A DNA stretch of 64,000 bases from an uncultured Gammaproteobacteria bacterium (GTDB taxonomy: Bacteria; Patescibacteriota; Patescibacteriia; UBA11705; DATKZF01), in assembly GCA_964411255.1 (NCBI GenBank), contig CAYPKD010000004.1, forward strand, positions 94,037-158,036, read 5' to 3'. A program made the translations under genes and the position numbers. Below are positions 37,366-46,147 of the stretch, piece by piece (position 1 is the stretch's first letter; each line of letters starts with the position of its first letter). The notes beneath the pieces are model-generated. The model was not told the DNA's origin and ran no database searches. It saw nothing but the letters and a program-made list of their open reading frames with translations.

Positions 37366-38196
37366 TCATTGATAACAAATAGTTGGAAAAAATATTTCAA
37401 ACATAGATCCACATCCGATTCGACTTAAAACCTTTATAAAACCTCCATATTTTCCAACAATGCTCCTGACTATATGAAGACCTATTCCAGTGCCCTCTTC
37501 TTTAGTAGTAAAATAGGGTACAAAAATTTTATTAAAATTTTCTGGGTCTATGCCGCAGCCATTATCACTGATTGACATTCTAACATAATTTCCCGGATGT
37601 ATTCCTTGTAAACTATATTTTTTCGTATCACTAATCACAAATTCTTTAACACTAATACCTACTTCCCAAATGCTATTTGGATTATTACTTTCTGCTGCAT
37701 CCCATATTGCTTCTCTGGCATTTAATATTAAACACATTATCACTTGCTGTAAATCTATAGGATCAATCATAATTTTTGTTGTTTCATCCAAATCCAAAGC
37801 CAATTCAAAACATCTATCAATTAAGCCCCACTTAATAACTTTTGCAATCGAATCATTAATATCGATTGGCTCAGGCTCTGGCAGAGACAATCGCCCGAAT
37901 TCTAAAATTCTTCTGCATAATCGATGTGACTGCTGGCATATTTCTTCAGCTTCTGTTAAATATTCTTCCTTTCTTTGTTCAGAAGCTTGATTAGCAGCCA
38001 TCTTCAAATTCATATCAATAACCACCAATTGACTTCGAAGCTGATGAGCAATCCTAACAGTCGATTCACCAATTGTCTGCATGATAAGTAACTGTCTTTC
38101 CTGCATTTCAATACTTTCATCTGATTCAGGCGGCAAAATTTGTTCATCATTACCTATTACAATACTACACCTTTGTCTTTCACCTTTTTCTTGCAT
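37366..38196 (-). CDS. soluble sensor histidine kinase, second tandem copy
   Basis: H-box 'RIAHQLRSQLVVI'; 'DNGCGIDPENFNKIFVPYFTTKEEGTGIGLHIV'. Confidence 0.75.
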   Translation of the reverse strand: MQEKGERQRCSIVIGNDEQILPPESDESIEMQERQLLIMQTIGESTVRIAHQLRSQLVVIDMNLKMAANQASEQRKEEYLTEAEEICQQSHRLCRRILEFGRLSLPEPEPIDINDSIAKVIKWGLIDRCFELALDLDETTKIMIDPIDLQQVIMCLILNAREAIWDAAESNNPNSIWEVGISVKEFVISDTKKYSLQGIHPGNYVRMSISDNGCGIDPENFNKIFVPYFTTKEEGTGIGLHIVRSIVGKYGGFIKVLSRIGCGSMFEIFFPTICYQ

Positions 38197-38306
38197 TATT
38201 CCTCCTTGTCAAATAACTAAACGAATTATAGCAAGCTCTTTTATAAAAATCAAAAAGGCAGCCATTTTAGCTGCCTAGCATCTAATCACTCATTACTAAT
38301 TACCCA

Positions 38307-39368
38307 TTACTTATTTACAAAAACCGTCTGCGTCGGATATGCGAATTCTATACTTTCTTCATTAAATTTCTTATAAATGTCAAGGTTGATCTGCTGCTTT
38401 GCCTCTGCAAAAACATCAAACTCTTTTGACTTGACCTCATAAACAATTTTAAAAATTAAAGCAGAATCTCCAAAATTTTGAAATTTGCAACGGACAAATT
38501 CAAGATCCTTGTGTTTAGTAATTATATCCTCAATAATTTTTGGAATTGATTCCAATTTAGCTGAGGAAGTGTCATAGGTTACACCTAATTCAAAACTATC
38601 ACGACGCTTTTGCATTTTTCTAAAGTTCTGCACTCTGGCATTTGTCAATTCTCTGTTTGAAATAACCAATTCTTCACCATTCATTGTTCGAAGTCTTGAA
38701 GTTTTTAGTCCAATTTTTTCAACTGTGCCACTATCAGATCCGACCTGGATAAAATCCCCAATTTTAAATGGCTTATCAATATAAATGGAAAATGAGCTAA
38801 AAATATCTTCTAAAATATTCTGCAAGGCTAAAGCAATAGCAATACCGCCGATTCCTAATCCAGCTATTAATGCAGTCACATCAAAGCCTAGATTTCCAAG
38901 TATCAAAACAATTCCCACTGCCCACAAAACGATCTTTACTATGATTTTTAATGCTCTCATCATTGACTGGCTGATTGTTTCCTTATCAGCGGATTTTTCC
39001 ATGTACTTTTTTGCAGAATAATCTACCAATCTCTCTAAAGCATGAATTACTTCATAAACAATGACCAATAAAAACAAAACACTAATTACCTTGTGCACCA
39101 TTGCCGGAAAAGTTAATGCTTTAATTCCTAAATACAAGGCGACAAAAAAGTAAAACGGTGGCCTGATTTTTCGAAAAATCTCTATTAAAATGTCATCAAA
39201 TTCCGTCTCAGTCTTCTCCGACAGCTTTTTTAGTTTTGATAAAATAACTGATTGAAAAATTTTCAATACAAGAATTGTGCCAATGAAAATGGCTAAGGCC
39301 AAAACATATTCATATCCTGTATTTGACCAAAATTCTATAGCTTTTAAGGCTTCAATAATTTTGTCCAT
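38307..39368 (-). CDS. MscS-family small-conductance mechanosensitive channel
   Basis: Three N-terminal TM helices and the conserved beta-domain 'KIGDFIQVGSDSGTVEKIGLKTSRLRTMNGEELVISNRELTNARVQNF'. Confidence 0.8.
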   Translation of the reverse strand: MDKIIEALKAIEFWSNTGYEYVLALAIFIGTILVLKIFQSVILSKLKKLSEKTETEFDDILIEIFRKIRPPFYFFVALYLGIKALTFPAMVHKVISVLFLLVIVYEVIHALERLVDYSAKKYMEKSADKETISQSMMRALKIIVKIVLWAVGIVLILGNLGFDVTALIAGLGIGGIAIALALQNILEDIFSSFSIYIDKPFKIGDFIQVGSDSGTVEKIGLKTSRLRTMNGEELVISNRELTNARVQNFRKMQKRRDSFELGVTYDTSSAKLESIPKIIEDIITKHKDLEFVRCKFQNFGDSALIFKIVYEVKSKEFDVFAEAKQQINLDIYKKFNEESIEFAYPTQTVFVNK

Positions 39369-39404
39369 ATTTTTTTGTTAATTATGTTTATAATCTAGCA
39401 GTTT

Positions 39405-39560
39405 TTGGTGATTTTTGCAAAAGGCCGATTCACGGGCGCGTACCACGCGCCTGTAGAGACAGGTTTGAAACCTGTCTCTACGTAGGAACACAAAATATTG
39501 TGTTCCTACATGAATCGGCATAAAAAAACACCAAAGCTTTGCTTTGGCGCTTATAATTAT
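39405..39560. other. highly structured intergenic element: three adjacent perfect hairpins enclosed by an 8-bp outer stem, then a fourth hairpin
   Basis: Outer stem ccgattca...tgaatcgg; hairpins gggcgcgt-acca-cgcgcc, gtagagacaggtt-tgaa-acctgtctctac, gtaggaacacaaaat-attgtgttcctac; then ccaaagc-ttt-gctttgg. The overlapping ORF 39378..39623 is judged spurious. Confidence 0.5.
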
Positions 39561-39907
39561 AAATCTGGGAAAAACAAATCTCCTTTTATTGGGTGAGATG
39601 ATTCTGCTACAATTGCTTGCCATGTATCCCTTTTATTATATTCAAAACGAATCAGGGTTTTATCCATAAAATCTTTTTTATCAATTTCAAGTTTTAATAT
39701 ATAAAGGCGACCTTCAGTATCCAGCTCGAGCTCACATCCAATTATTGTACCTGTAATAACAAATGTATTACCCTCTTCACATGAACTTGCTGGCCCTGCA
39801 ATAAAACAAGCATTCCGGCCACGATTTCTACACAATGATTTTGGATCAGAATCTATGTCTATTCCATTTGACGAGAGTTCATCTACTATGGCTTGGGGTA
39901 TTTCCAT
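39557..39907 (-). CDS. hypothetical protein
   Basis: 116 aa ORF. Confidence 0.4.
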   Translation of the reverse strand: MEIPQAIVDELSSNGIDIDSDPKSLCRNRGRNACFIAGPASSCEEGNTFVITGTIIGCELELDTEGRLYILKLEIDKKDFMDKTLIRFEYNKRDTWQAIVAESSHPIKGDLFFPDL

Positions 39908-40109
39908 TTTCTTCTTCCTTTCGCCTAAATTTAGGCTTTAAATTCAGCTTATCAAATGCTGTAAATTCAGTCAAACCCTTGACAAAAGGAATCAGGCATG
40001 ATAGAATGTTATCATAATTCATAAGTTTAGTTTTGTTAAAACCTTACAATTTTTATCTAGCTTTTTATAAGTAGTATCAAATCGTACAGTTTATCAAAAC
40101 ATCAATTAC

Positions 40110-40271
40110 ATGGACGACCAAAACAATGGTTCACGGCAAATGTTTCAAGGCGACTGGACTTGTTCAGAGTGCGGAGCTGAAATCAAAGAGCTTCCATTCG
40201 AACCAGATGGTGACAGACCGCTTTATTGCAGAGACTGCCATCGAAAAAGACGACCACAAAGACGATTTTAA
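40110..40271 (+). CDS. small CxxC-CxxC zinc-ribbon protein (53 aa), not in the ORF track
   Basis: MDDQNNGSRQMFQGDWTCSECGAEIKELPFEPDGDRPLYCRDCHRKRRPQRRF; followed by the terminator gagccccgaaatggggttc+TTTTATTTT at 40277..40314. Confidence 0.5.
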   Translation: MDDQNNGSRQMFQGDWTCSECGAEIKELPFEPDGDRPLYCRDCHRKRRPQRRF

Positions 40272-40387
40272 GATATAGAACCAAAAGAGCCCCGAAATGG
40301 GGTTCTTTTATTTTATTAAACTTGACAATATATAAAAATCCATATATAATATTGGAGCTCTTTTCCCACAATAAACAGAGGAATGGT

Positions 40388-40681
40388 ATGCTATCTGATT
40401 TATTCAATGCAAATGAAATCATTGCTTTTTTCCTCTTAATTGCTATATGCTATTTTTATGCCAGAATTGATTCCTGGGCAGTAGGCAATAAGTCAATAAG
40501 ATCCTCCATTGTCCTCATAATACATGGTCTTTCTACTGCAATACTTTTTGCATGTATCATTGCCATTTTTTTCCTGCTTGAAGTAATTTTTGCTTACTTT
40601 TTCTTTATGTTTACTTTTGCAATCTGGCTCACAGTCGACTTCATCAAAGATTCGATCATGAAAAAAGACATTTTTTCATAA
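40388..40681 (+). CDS. small 3-TM membrane protein
   Basis: Start moved to the ATG after RBS agaggaa; TTGACA-17-TATAAT promoter at 40323-40351; the track ORF 40226.. extends upstream through the promoter. Confidence 0.5.
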   Translation: MLSDLFNANEIIAFFLLIAICYFYARIDSWAVGNKSIRSSIVLIIHGLSTAILFACIIAIFFLLEVIFAYFFFMFTFAIWLTVDFIKDSIMKKDIFS

Positions 40682-40715
40682 AAAAAAACTGACTCTTTCA
40701 TAAAGGTCAGTTTTA

Positions 40716-41465
40716 TTATTCCTCCAATGCTCTTTGGATTTCCTCTAAAGTGCGTTTTACAGCATCTTTTGGATCATCAGCTCCAGTGATCGGCCTGCCA
40801 ATGACCAAGCGCTTTGCGCCATTTTGAATTGCCTTAGCTGGTGTCATTACCCTGGCCTGGTCATCACCAGAGACCAAAGTCCACTCAGGCCTAATTCCCG
40901 GACAATTACCTTCTAATAACAATTCTCTTCTGTTTTTCAGCAGTTCAGCTTCATGCGGAGAGCAAATAAGTCCATCTGCTCCTGCCAGCTGTGCCATGCG
41001 CGCAAACCGCAGCACTCCAGCTTTTGTCGAACAGGTGAAAATTGACTGGCATTCTTCTTCATTTAATGAAGTAAGGACAGTTACGCCCAAAACTTCAGTT
41101 TGATCTCCAACCGCTTGTTTTAAAGCATTCATGCCATCAATACCTGCACAGCACATCATGGTTACTATTTCTGGTTGCACTTCTGCTAAAAACCCACCAT
41201 CATATTCCATTGTTTTTGGAATATCAACCAGTTTTAGATCAGCAAAGACTTTTAGGCCTAAATTATGAAGATAAACAATTAACGAATAACCGCAGGCGCG
41301 TAAAATAGAATTGATTTTCAAATAAACCCCGGTTCCTTTAAGTTTTTCAGCCAACGCCGCAACCTGTTCTCTGGCATCAGCAACAGAGCCGGCTTTTTTC
41401 GGATCAAAGTCAGCAGCTACAATCAGTCTTTCTGTAAGCTCCATCCATCCCCCTTTCTCAGTCAT
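40716..41465 (-). CDS. pyrF: orotidine-5'-phosphate decarboxylase, putative
   Basis: 'LIVAADF', 'DLKLVDIPKT', 'VTVLTSL', 'GIRPEW...GDDQARVMTPAKAI..GA..LVIGRPIT' as in OMP decarboxylases; a HPS/KGPDC-type relative cannot be excluded; GC-richer than its surroundings. Confidence 0.6.
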   Translation of the reverse strand: MTEKGGWMELTERLIVAADFDPKKAGSVADAREQVAALAEKLKGTGVYLKINSILRACGYSLIVYLHNLGLKVFADLKLVDIPKTMEYDGGFLAEVQPEIVTMMCCAGIDGMNALKQAVGDQTEVLGVTVLTSLNEEECQSIFTCSTKAGVLRFARMAQLAGADGLICSPHEAELLKNRRELLLEGNCPGIRPEWTLVSGDDQARVMTPAKAIQNGAKRLVIGRPITGADDPKDAVKRTLEEIQRALEE

Positions 41466-42327
41466 AATCTGCAGTTAAATCAATCCAGTTTTGTTTAGGT
41501 CTTAATGCATCAGACCCAGTCTCACACAATGGACACTCATCTGGATGCCAAATATTCATCTTTTGATCAATTAAAGCAAAAATTCTCCTCTCATCCAAAT
41601 GTGTTTGTCCTGATCTGTTTAGTATTGCTAAAATGTAAGGTAAAACAGTTACCCCTTTCTCTTCTAAAGCTGCAATTGTCTTTCTGGTTGTGCCCATTGT
41701 ATTTAATACATCCTCAACCACTAAAACTTTTGTTCCTGGCTCAAATTCAAATCTTTTAACAAGCATTCTGGTTCTTTTGATGTTTAAAAAAGTGTCAACA
41801 AAATCTTCAATGTCTTGTTCTGATAAATTAAAGGATTGCAGAAGCAGGCTCAATTGTTCTTTTACTTTATCCTTATCCATACCCATATTGACAATGATTT
41901 GTCTGCAAACAGGCTCGAGTGCTCGTAATCCAGCATAAAGTAAATCCATATCCTCTTCTGAACCATAATCAAACTGAACTTTTTTCACTACTTTTTCTGT
42001 AAAACCACATTTCAAATGAAGCTGTCTGGCAAATTCATATGCTATATTAATGGCTCCATAAGCAGAACCAAAAACCTGACTACCCACAGGAACATGCCAA
42101 GAAAGTTCTTTCAATATCTCCCTGCAGACCTGACTAAGCAGTTTTGGATCTGAAATAATGCCACTGGCATTTAAATAACCATCACTATGATTACCGCTTG
42201 TTAATAAGGCATGAGGCCGAAGTTTATGACCATCATGCATCCAAAATATTCCCATTTTGGTAAATTTTGCCATCCATTTTTCCTGGTCCATTTTTCCTCC
42301 TTTCCAGGAATTTTTGTAAAAGGTCAA
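41458..42327 (-). CDS. type I phosphoribosyltransferase, orotate PRTase-like, with an N-terminal extension
   Basis: PRPP-binding loop 'VLVVEDVLNTMGTTRK'; 8-nt overlap with pyrF suggests a pyrE-pyrF operon. Confidence 0.5.
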   Translation of the reverse strand: MTFYKNSWKGGKMDQEKWMAKFTKMGIFWMHDGHKLRPHALLTSGNHSDGYLNASGIISDPKLLSQVCREILKELSWHVPVGSQVFGSAYGAINIAYEFARQLHLKCGFTEKVVKKVQFDYGSEEDMDLLYAGLRALEPVCRQIIVNMGMDKDKVKEQLSLLLQSFNLSEQDIEDFVDTFLNIKRTRMLVKRFEFEPGTKVLVVEDVLNTMGTTRKTIAALEEKGVTVLPYILAILNRSGQTHLDERRIFALIDQKMNIWHPDECPLCETGSDALRPKQNWIDLTADYD

Positions 42328-42426
42328 TCAAATTGTATCCTAAATCATATAAAAATACAATGTCAATTTTTTGTATTTTAAAAAGCCATTTTTATTTTGA
42401 CTTTTTTTAGAATGTGAATGCGGATT

Positions 42427-43200
42427 TTATTTATATAACTCGTAAAAAATTATTGCCGCAGCGCTGGCCACATTAATCGATTCAATTTCATCACCCATTT
42501 TGATTGTAATAGCCCCATCGGCTATTTTTTCAATTTTTTTATCAACACCATGCGATTCGCTTCCCAAAACAATGCAAACTTTTTTTTGCTTTTTAATTCT
42601 CTTAATATCCTCCCCACCTTCAAGTTTAGTAGAATAAATTTTCATTTCTTCTTTAATCTTTTTTAATAATTTTCTATTTTTATCAAATTCAATATTGAGC
42701 TTAAAAAAAGATTCTTTAGCAGCATTTATCACTTTAAAATTAAACAAATCAACACAATCTTCATCAATTACAATATTTTTCAAATTAAAAGCTAAAGCTG
42801 ACCGTAATATTGTTCCTAAATTTCCCGGATCACTTAGTGCATTGAAATACACGATTGACTTTGCCAAATCAACCTTACCAGGCTTTTTTGAATAAATTGC
42901 AGCAAAGCCAGCTGGAGTATCTAAATTTGAAAATTTCTTATTCAGCTTTTCATCTATTAAATAATATTCTTTCAAGTCTGACTTTTTTAATACAAAATCC
43001 AGCTTTTTCTTATTTCTTTCTTCAAAATCTTCAGTGATAAAAACAAAATCTGGATAAATTTCAGTTTTTGCAGCATCAAAAGCAATGGTGATATTTTCAA
43101 CAAAAAACTGATCATACTTTTCCCTGTACTTTTTTTGATTCAACTTTTTCAAAAACTTAATTTTTTCATTGTCTTTGCTTTCAATTTGAATTTTTTTCAT
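42427..43200 (-). CDS. SpoU/TrmH-family RNA 2'-O-methyltransferase
   Basis: C-terminal 'VCIVLGSESHGVDKKIEKIADGAITIKMGDEIESINVASAAAIIFYEL' SPOUT knot motifs. Confidence 0.75.
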   Translation of the reverse strand: MKKIQIESKDNEKIKFLKKLNQKKYREKYDQFFVENITIAFDAAKTEIYPDFVFITEDFEERNKKKLDFVLKKSDLKEYYLIDEKLNKKFSNLDTPAGFAAIYSKKPGKVDLAKSIVYFNALSDPGNLGTILRSALAFNLKNIVIDEDCVDLFNFKVINAAKESFFKLNIEFDKNRKLLKKIKEEMKIYSTKLEGGEDIKRIKKQKKVCIVLGSESHGVDKKIEKIADGAITIKMGDEIESINVASAAAIIFYELYK

Positions 43201-43202
43201 AC

Positions 43203-43526
43203 TTATTCTTGTTCTTTAAGCCATTCTTTATTAATGCTCTTTTCTTTTATTGCTTGTTCCAAATCAATTCCTAAAAAATCCGCATTTAAAGTAATATTGG
43301 CAAAAATATCAGCCAATTCTTTAGATACAAATTTCCTTGATTCTTTTTCTGAAACAAATTTTTCAGGTCTGCACTTTTTTCTGTGAATTAAGACAGCCTG
43401 ATAAAACTCCCCTACTTCTTCAGCAAGTTTTAGCAATGCAAACTCTTCATCAATTTGAACATTGTATTCTTTTGAGTACTCCTTAATTCGTTCAAGCACG
43501 CCTTGTTGTAATTTTTTAAATTCCAT
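43203..43526 (-). CDS. MazG-like nucleotide pyrophosphohydrolase
   Basis: 'LKLAEEVGEF...KELADIFANIT' EExxE...D motifs of the all-alpha NTP-PPase fold; 107 aa. Confidence 0.6.
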   Translation of the reverse strand: MEFKKLQQGVLERIKEYSKEYNVQIDEEFALLKLAEEVGEFYQAVLIHRKKCRPEKFVSEKESRKFVSKELADIFANITLNADFLGIDLEQAIKEKSINKEWLKEQE

Positions 43527-43692
43527 ATATTGGTAATGAGTAAAGAGTAATGGGTAATAAGTAATTAAAATATCTGCGCTTTGGTTATTGATACTATGAT
43601 ACCTTATTCATTACTAATAATCAAAGACTTGACATATTTTATAATCTCAAATATAATGATATATTCTCTGCCATAGCTAAAGGGGGCTAACA

Positions 43693-43926
43693 ATGGAAGA
43701 CAGAGGTAAGCGCTTCACAGAAGAACATCGATACAGTTTTGGTGATCTAAGGCCTGGAGCTAAATTTATTATTAGTAATCGTCAGGGAAGATATGATGTT
43801 TACTGCCATGATTCATATTTAGTAATGAGTAAACTGCAAGGACAAGGCAGGGCCGTAATCCTAAACAGTGGTGAAATTTTAGAAAGCATTGAACCAAATG
43901 TTTTAGTACAAAAAGTTCTTTTTTAA
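43693..43926 (+). CDS. hypothetical protein
   Basis: TTGACA-17-TATAAT promoter at 43629-43657; RBS aaaggggg; 77 aa. Confidence 0.45.
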   Translation: MEDRGKRFTEEHRYSFGDLRPGAKFIISNRQGRYDVYCHDSYLVMSKLQGQGRAVILNSGEILESIEPNVLVQKVLF

Positions 43927-44028
43927 CACTGGCGTTATATTTAACAGCCAGTTTTTTATTACAATAATCTTGACTGAAAAAGCATTATTAATTACTATAA
44001 ATTTGTTACACATAGCCAAGGAGGGGTT

Positions 44029-44385
44029 ATGCCAGAATTTATCCATGGCCAGGACTTACAAGGCTGGTATATTGAAATATGGTATCAACTGGTAACTGTC
44101 AAGGACAGTGGTAAATCAAAAGTTGTCGGATATATAAATAATGAAAAACTTGCCAGGGCAATTGCCAATAAAGGCGGGTCATGGGGAGCAAAAGGAAAAG
44201 CAATACAAATAACGGTAATTACCCAGGATGGAAAAACCGGACATATTATAAAGAAAAAATCCATTCATCCAAACCATGAGAAGCTGCGTCAGGAAGCAAT
44301 GCTGTCAATCTTACCAAAACTTGATGATGATGAAATTGCGATTTTAGGACTTGAAAAAGAAATAGACAAATTAGAAAAAGATTAG
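44029..44385 (+). CDS. hypothetical protein
   Basis: RBS aaggagggg; 118 aa. Confidence 0.45.
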   Translation: MPEFIHGQDLQGWYIEIWYQLVTVKDSGKSKVVGYINNEKLARAIANKGGSWGAKGKAIQITVITQDGKTGHIIKKKSIHPNHEKLRQEAMLSILPKLDDDEIAILGLEKEIDKLEKD

Positions 44386-44435
44386 CATTATAAAGCGTTT
44401 CAAAAACGCTTTTTTTAATTTAAAAAGCGAGAATA

Positions 44436-44798
44436 TTATCCCCGCTTATTTTTTTTAGACCTTTTTCTTGATTTCTTTTTTTTACCATTTGGTTTAAAAA
44501 ATGCACCTGATAGAGTTATGTCGCATTTTCCTGAACATTTTTCTACACTACCTCGACAAAAAGTAGGCCGATTACATTGGTCATTACACCTAATGGTTAT
44601 TAATTGCGGATGCTGCGTTTGCTGAGGATTGGCAGATCTTTGAGTCCTTAACACCTTAAAAGGATCTAGCCCATACCAAATCTTTATGTTTTCTTTCCCC
44701 ATACTTTTAAAAGCAAAGTCAGACCATTTAACTGTTTGCTTCTTTCTAAATATGTATGGAATAGCCACAGTCATCTCCTTTGGCAAATCACCTGCCAT
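44436..44798 (-). CDS. basic Cys-rich hypothetical protein
   Basis: 120 aa; C-terminal K/R-rich tail; several Cys. Confidence 0.4.
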   Translation of the reverse strand: MAGDLPKEMTVAIPYIFRKKQTVKWSDFAFKSMGKENIKIWYGLDPFKVLRTQRSANPQQTQHPQLITIRCNDQCNRPTFCRGSVEKCSGKCDITLSGAFFKPNGKKKKSRKRSKKNKRG

Positions 44799-44943
44799 CT
44801 GAAAATAAAGTATAACAGATTGTATAAATTGTCAAATTTTGCTTAATCTATAAAACCATCTGTTTTATTTCTATATTTTTCAGTCTCTTATGAATATCGG
44901 GACAAAATCTTTTTATTCAGAACATCTTTTCATGTATAGCAAC

Positions 44944-45101
44944 GGGGGTCTGGGGGGCTGATTGCCCCTGGCGCGATAACAGAACTCAATCGAAGCTTCG
45001 CATTTGAAGACCCCCAGCGGTTTTTGGTTACTTTTTGACGCCAAAAAGTAACTTGGCGCAAGCCAACATTGCAAAGGGCAAAGCAGGCTTTGCCTGTATA
45101 G
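44944..45101. repeat. structured dispersed repeat, copy B
   Basis: Same core as copy A; variable loop differs; terminal hairpin caggc-ttt-gcctg; flanked by 'gtatag' on both sides. Confidence 0.8.
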
Positions 45102-45154
45102 GAAAAAATAATATTTGAATTTTAAAAAGCCTGCATTAAAAATGCAAACTCTTT

Positions 45155-46144
45155 TTATATGCTTTTATTTTTTTCAAAAATATCACTAATAACTTCCTCA
45201 AGTGAAACATCTTTAATATTCAGATCTTTAACTGGCAATTGCGCCATCAACCGGCTAATTTTATCCAATGAATCTTCCTGCGGAATACTCAATTCAGCTT
45301 CATACATTGAATGCTTTGTCACTTTACCAAATACCCTAAGTCTATTTCGATCTACTTTTTTATAAAAACTGATTTTAATATTTTTATCATTGCTATAGTC
45401 GTTAATGATTTTGTCAATTGATCCATCATAACCAAGCTTGCCTTCATTAATAATGATCAAGCGCTTGCACAAATCCTGCACATCATCCATGTAATGTGAA
45501 GTTAAAATAATGGTTGTCTTATTGACCCGATTATATTTTCTTAAAAATTCTCTGATCTTTTTTTGAGATACAACATCCAGACCAATTGTCGGCTCATCTA
45601 AAAACAATACCTTAGGATTATGCAAAAGCGAGGCAATAATTTCAAATTTCATTCTCTGGCCTAAAGAAAGCTTTCGAACCTGCACTTTCAATTGATCAAC
45701 CACATCTAAAAGTTCTGTCAGTTCTTTTAATCTCTTTCTATAAGGGCCTTCTGAAATTTCATACATTCTTTGATATAGATTAAAGGTTTCAATCGCTGGC
45801 AAAGTCGGCCAGAGCTGCTGCTTTTGACCCATTACAATAGATATTTTTTTCTTAAAGCTCTCTTCTCTTCGGCGAGGATCATGACCAGCCACCTTAATAT
45901 CACCTTCTGTTGGGTATAAAATCCCTGAAAGCATTTTTAGAGTGGTAGTTTTACCAGCACCATTTGGCCCGATAAATCCCACAAACTCGCCTTTTTTTAT
46001 TTCAATAGATACATTCTTCACCGCTTGCTTTGTTAACTTTTTCCTTTTAAAAACTGCTTTCAAAGACCCTTTCAGCCCTTCTTCTTTTTTATGATAAACA
46101 AAAGTCTTTGATAAATTTTTTACGTGTATTATTGATTTTTGCAT
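45155..46144 (-). CDS. ABC transporter ATP-binding protein (ABC-2 type exporter)
   Basis: Walker A 'GPNGAGKTT', signature 'LSLGQRMK', Walker B 'VLFLDEPTIGLD'. Confidence 0.9.
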   Translation of the reverse strand: MQKSIIHVKNLSKTFVYHKKEEGLKGSLKAVFKRKKLTKQAVKNVSIEIKKGEFVGFIGPNGAGKTTTLKMLSGILYPTEGDIKVAGHDPRRREESFKKKISIVMGQKQQLWPTLPAIETFNLYQRMYEISEGPYRKRLKELTELLDVVDQLKVQVRKLSLGQRMKFEIIASLLHNPKVLFLDEPTIGLDVVSQKKIREFLRKYNRVNKTTIILTSHYMDDVQDLCKRLIIINEGKLGYDGSIDKIINDYSNDKNIKISFYKKVDRNRLRVFGKVTKHSMYEAELSIPQEDSLDKISRLMAQLPVKDLNIKDVSLEEVISDIFEKNKSI

Positions 46145-46147
46145 ATT

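Noticed and set aside
39378-39623. 81-aa minus-strand ORF
   Set aside because: Runs through the multi-hairpin intergenic element; its composition is dictated by the palindromes; no RBS.
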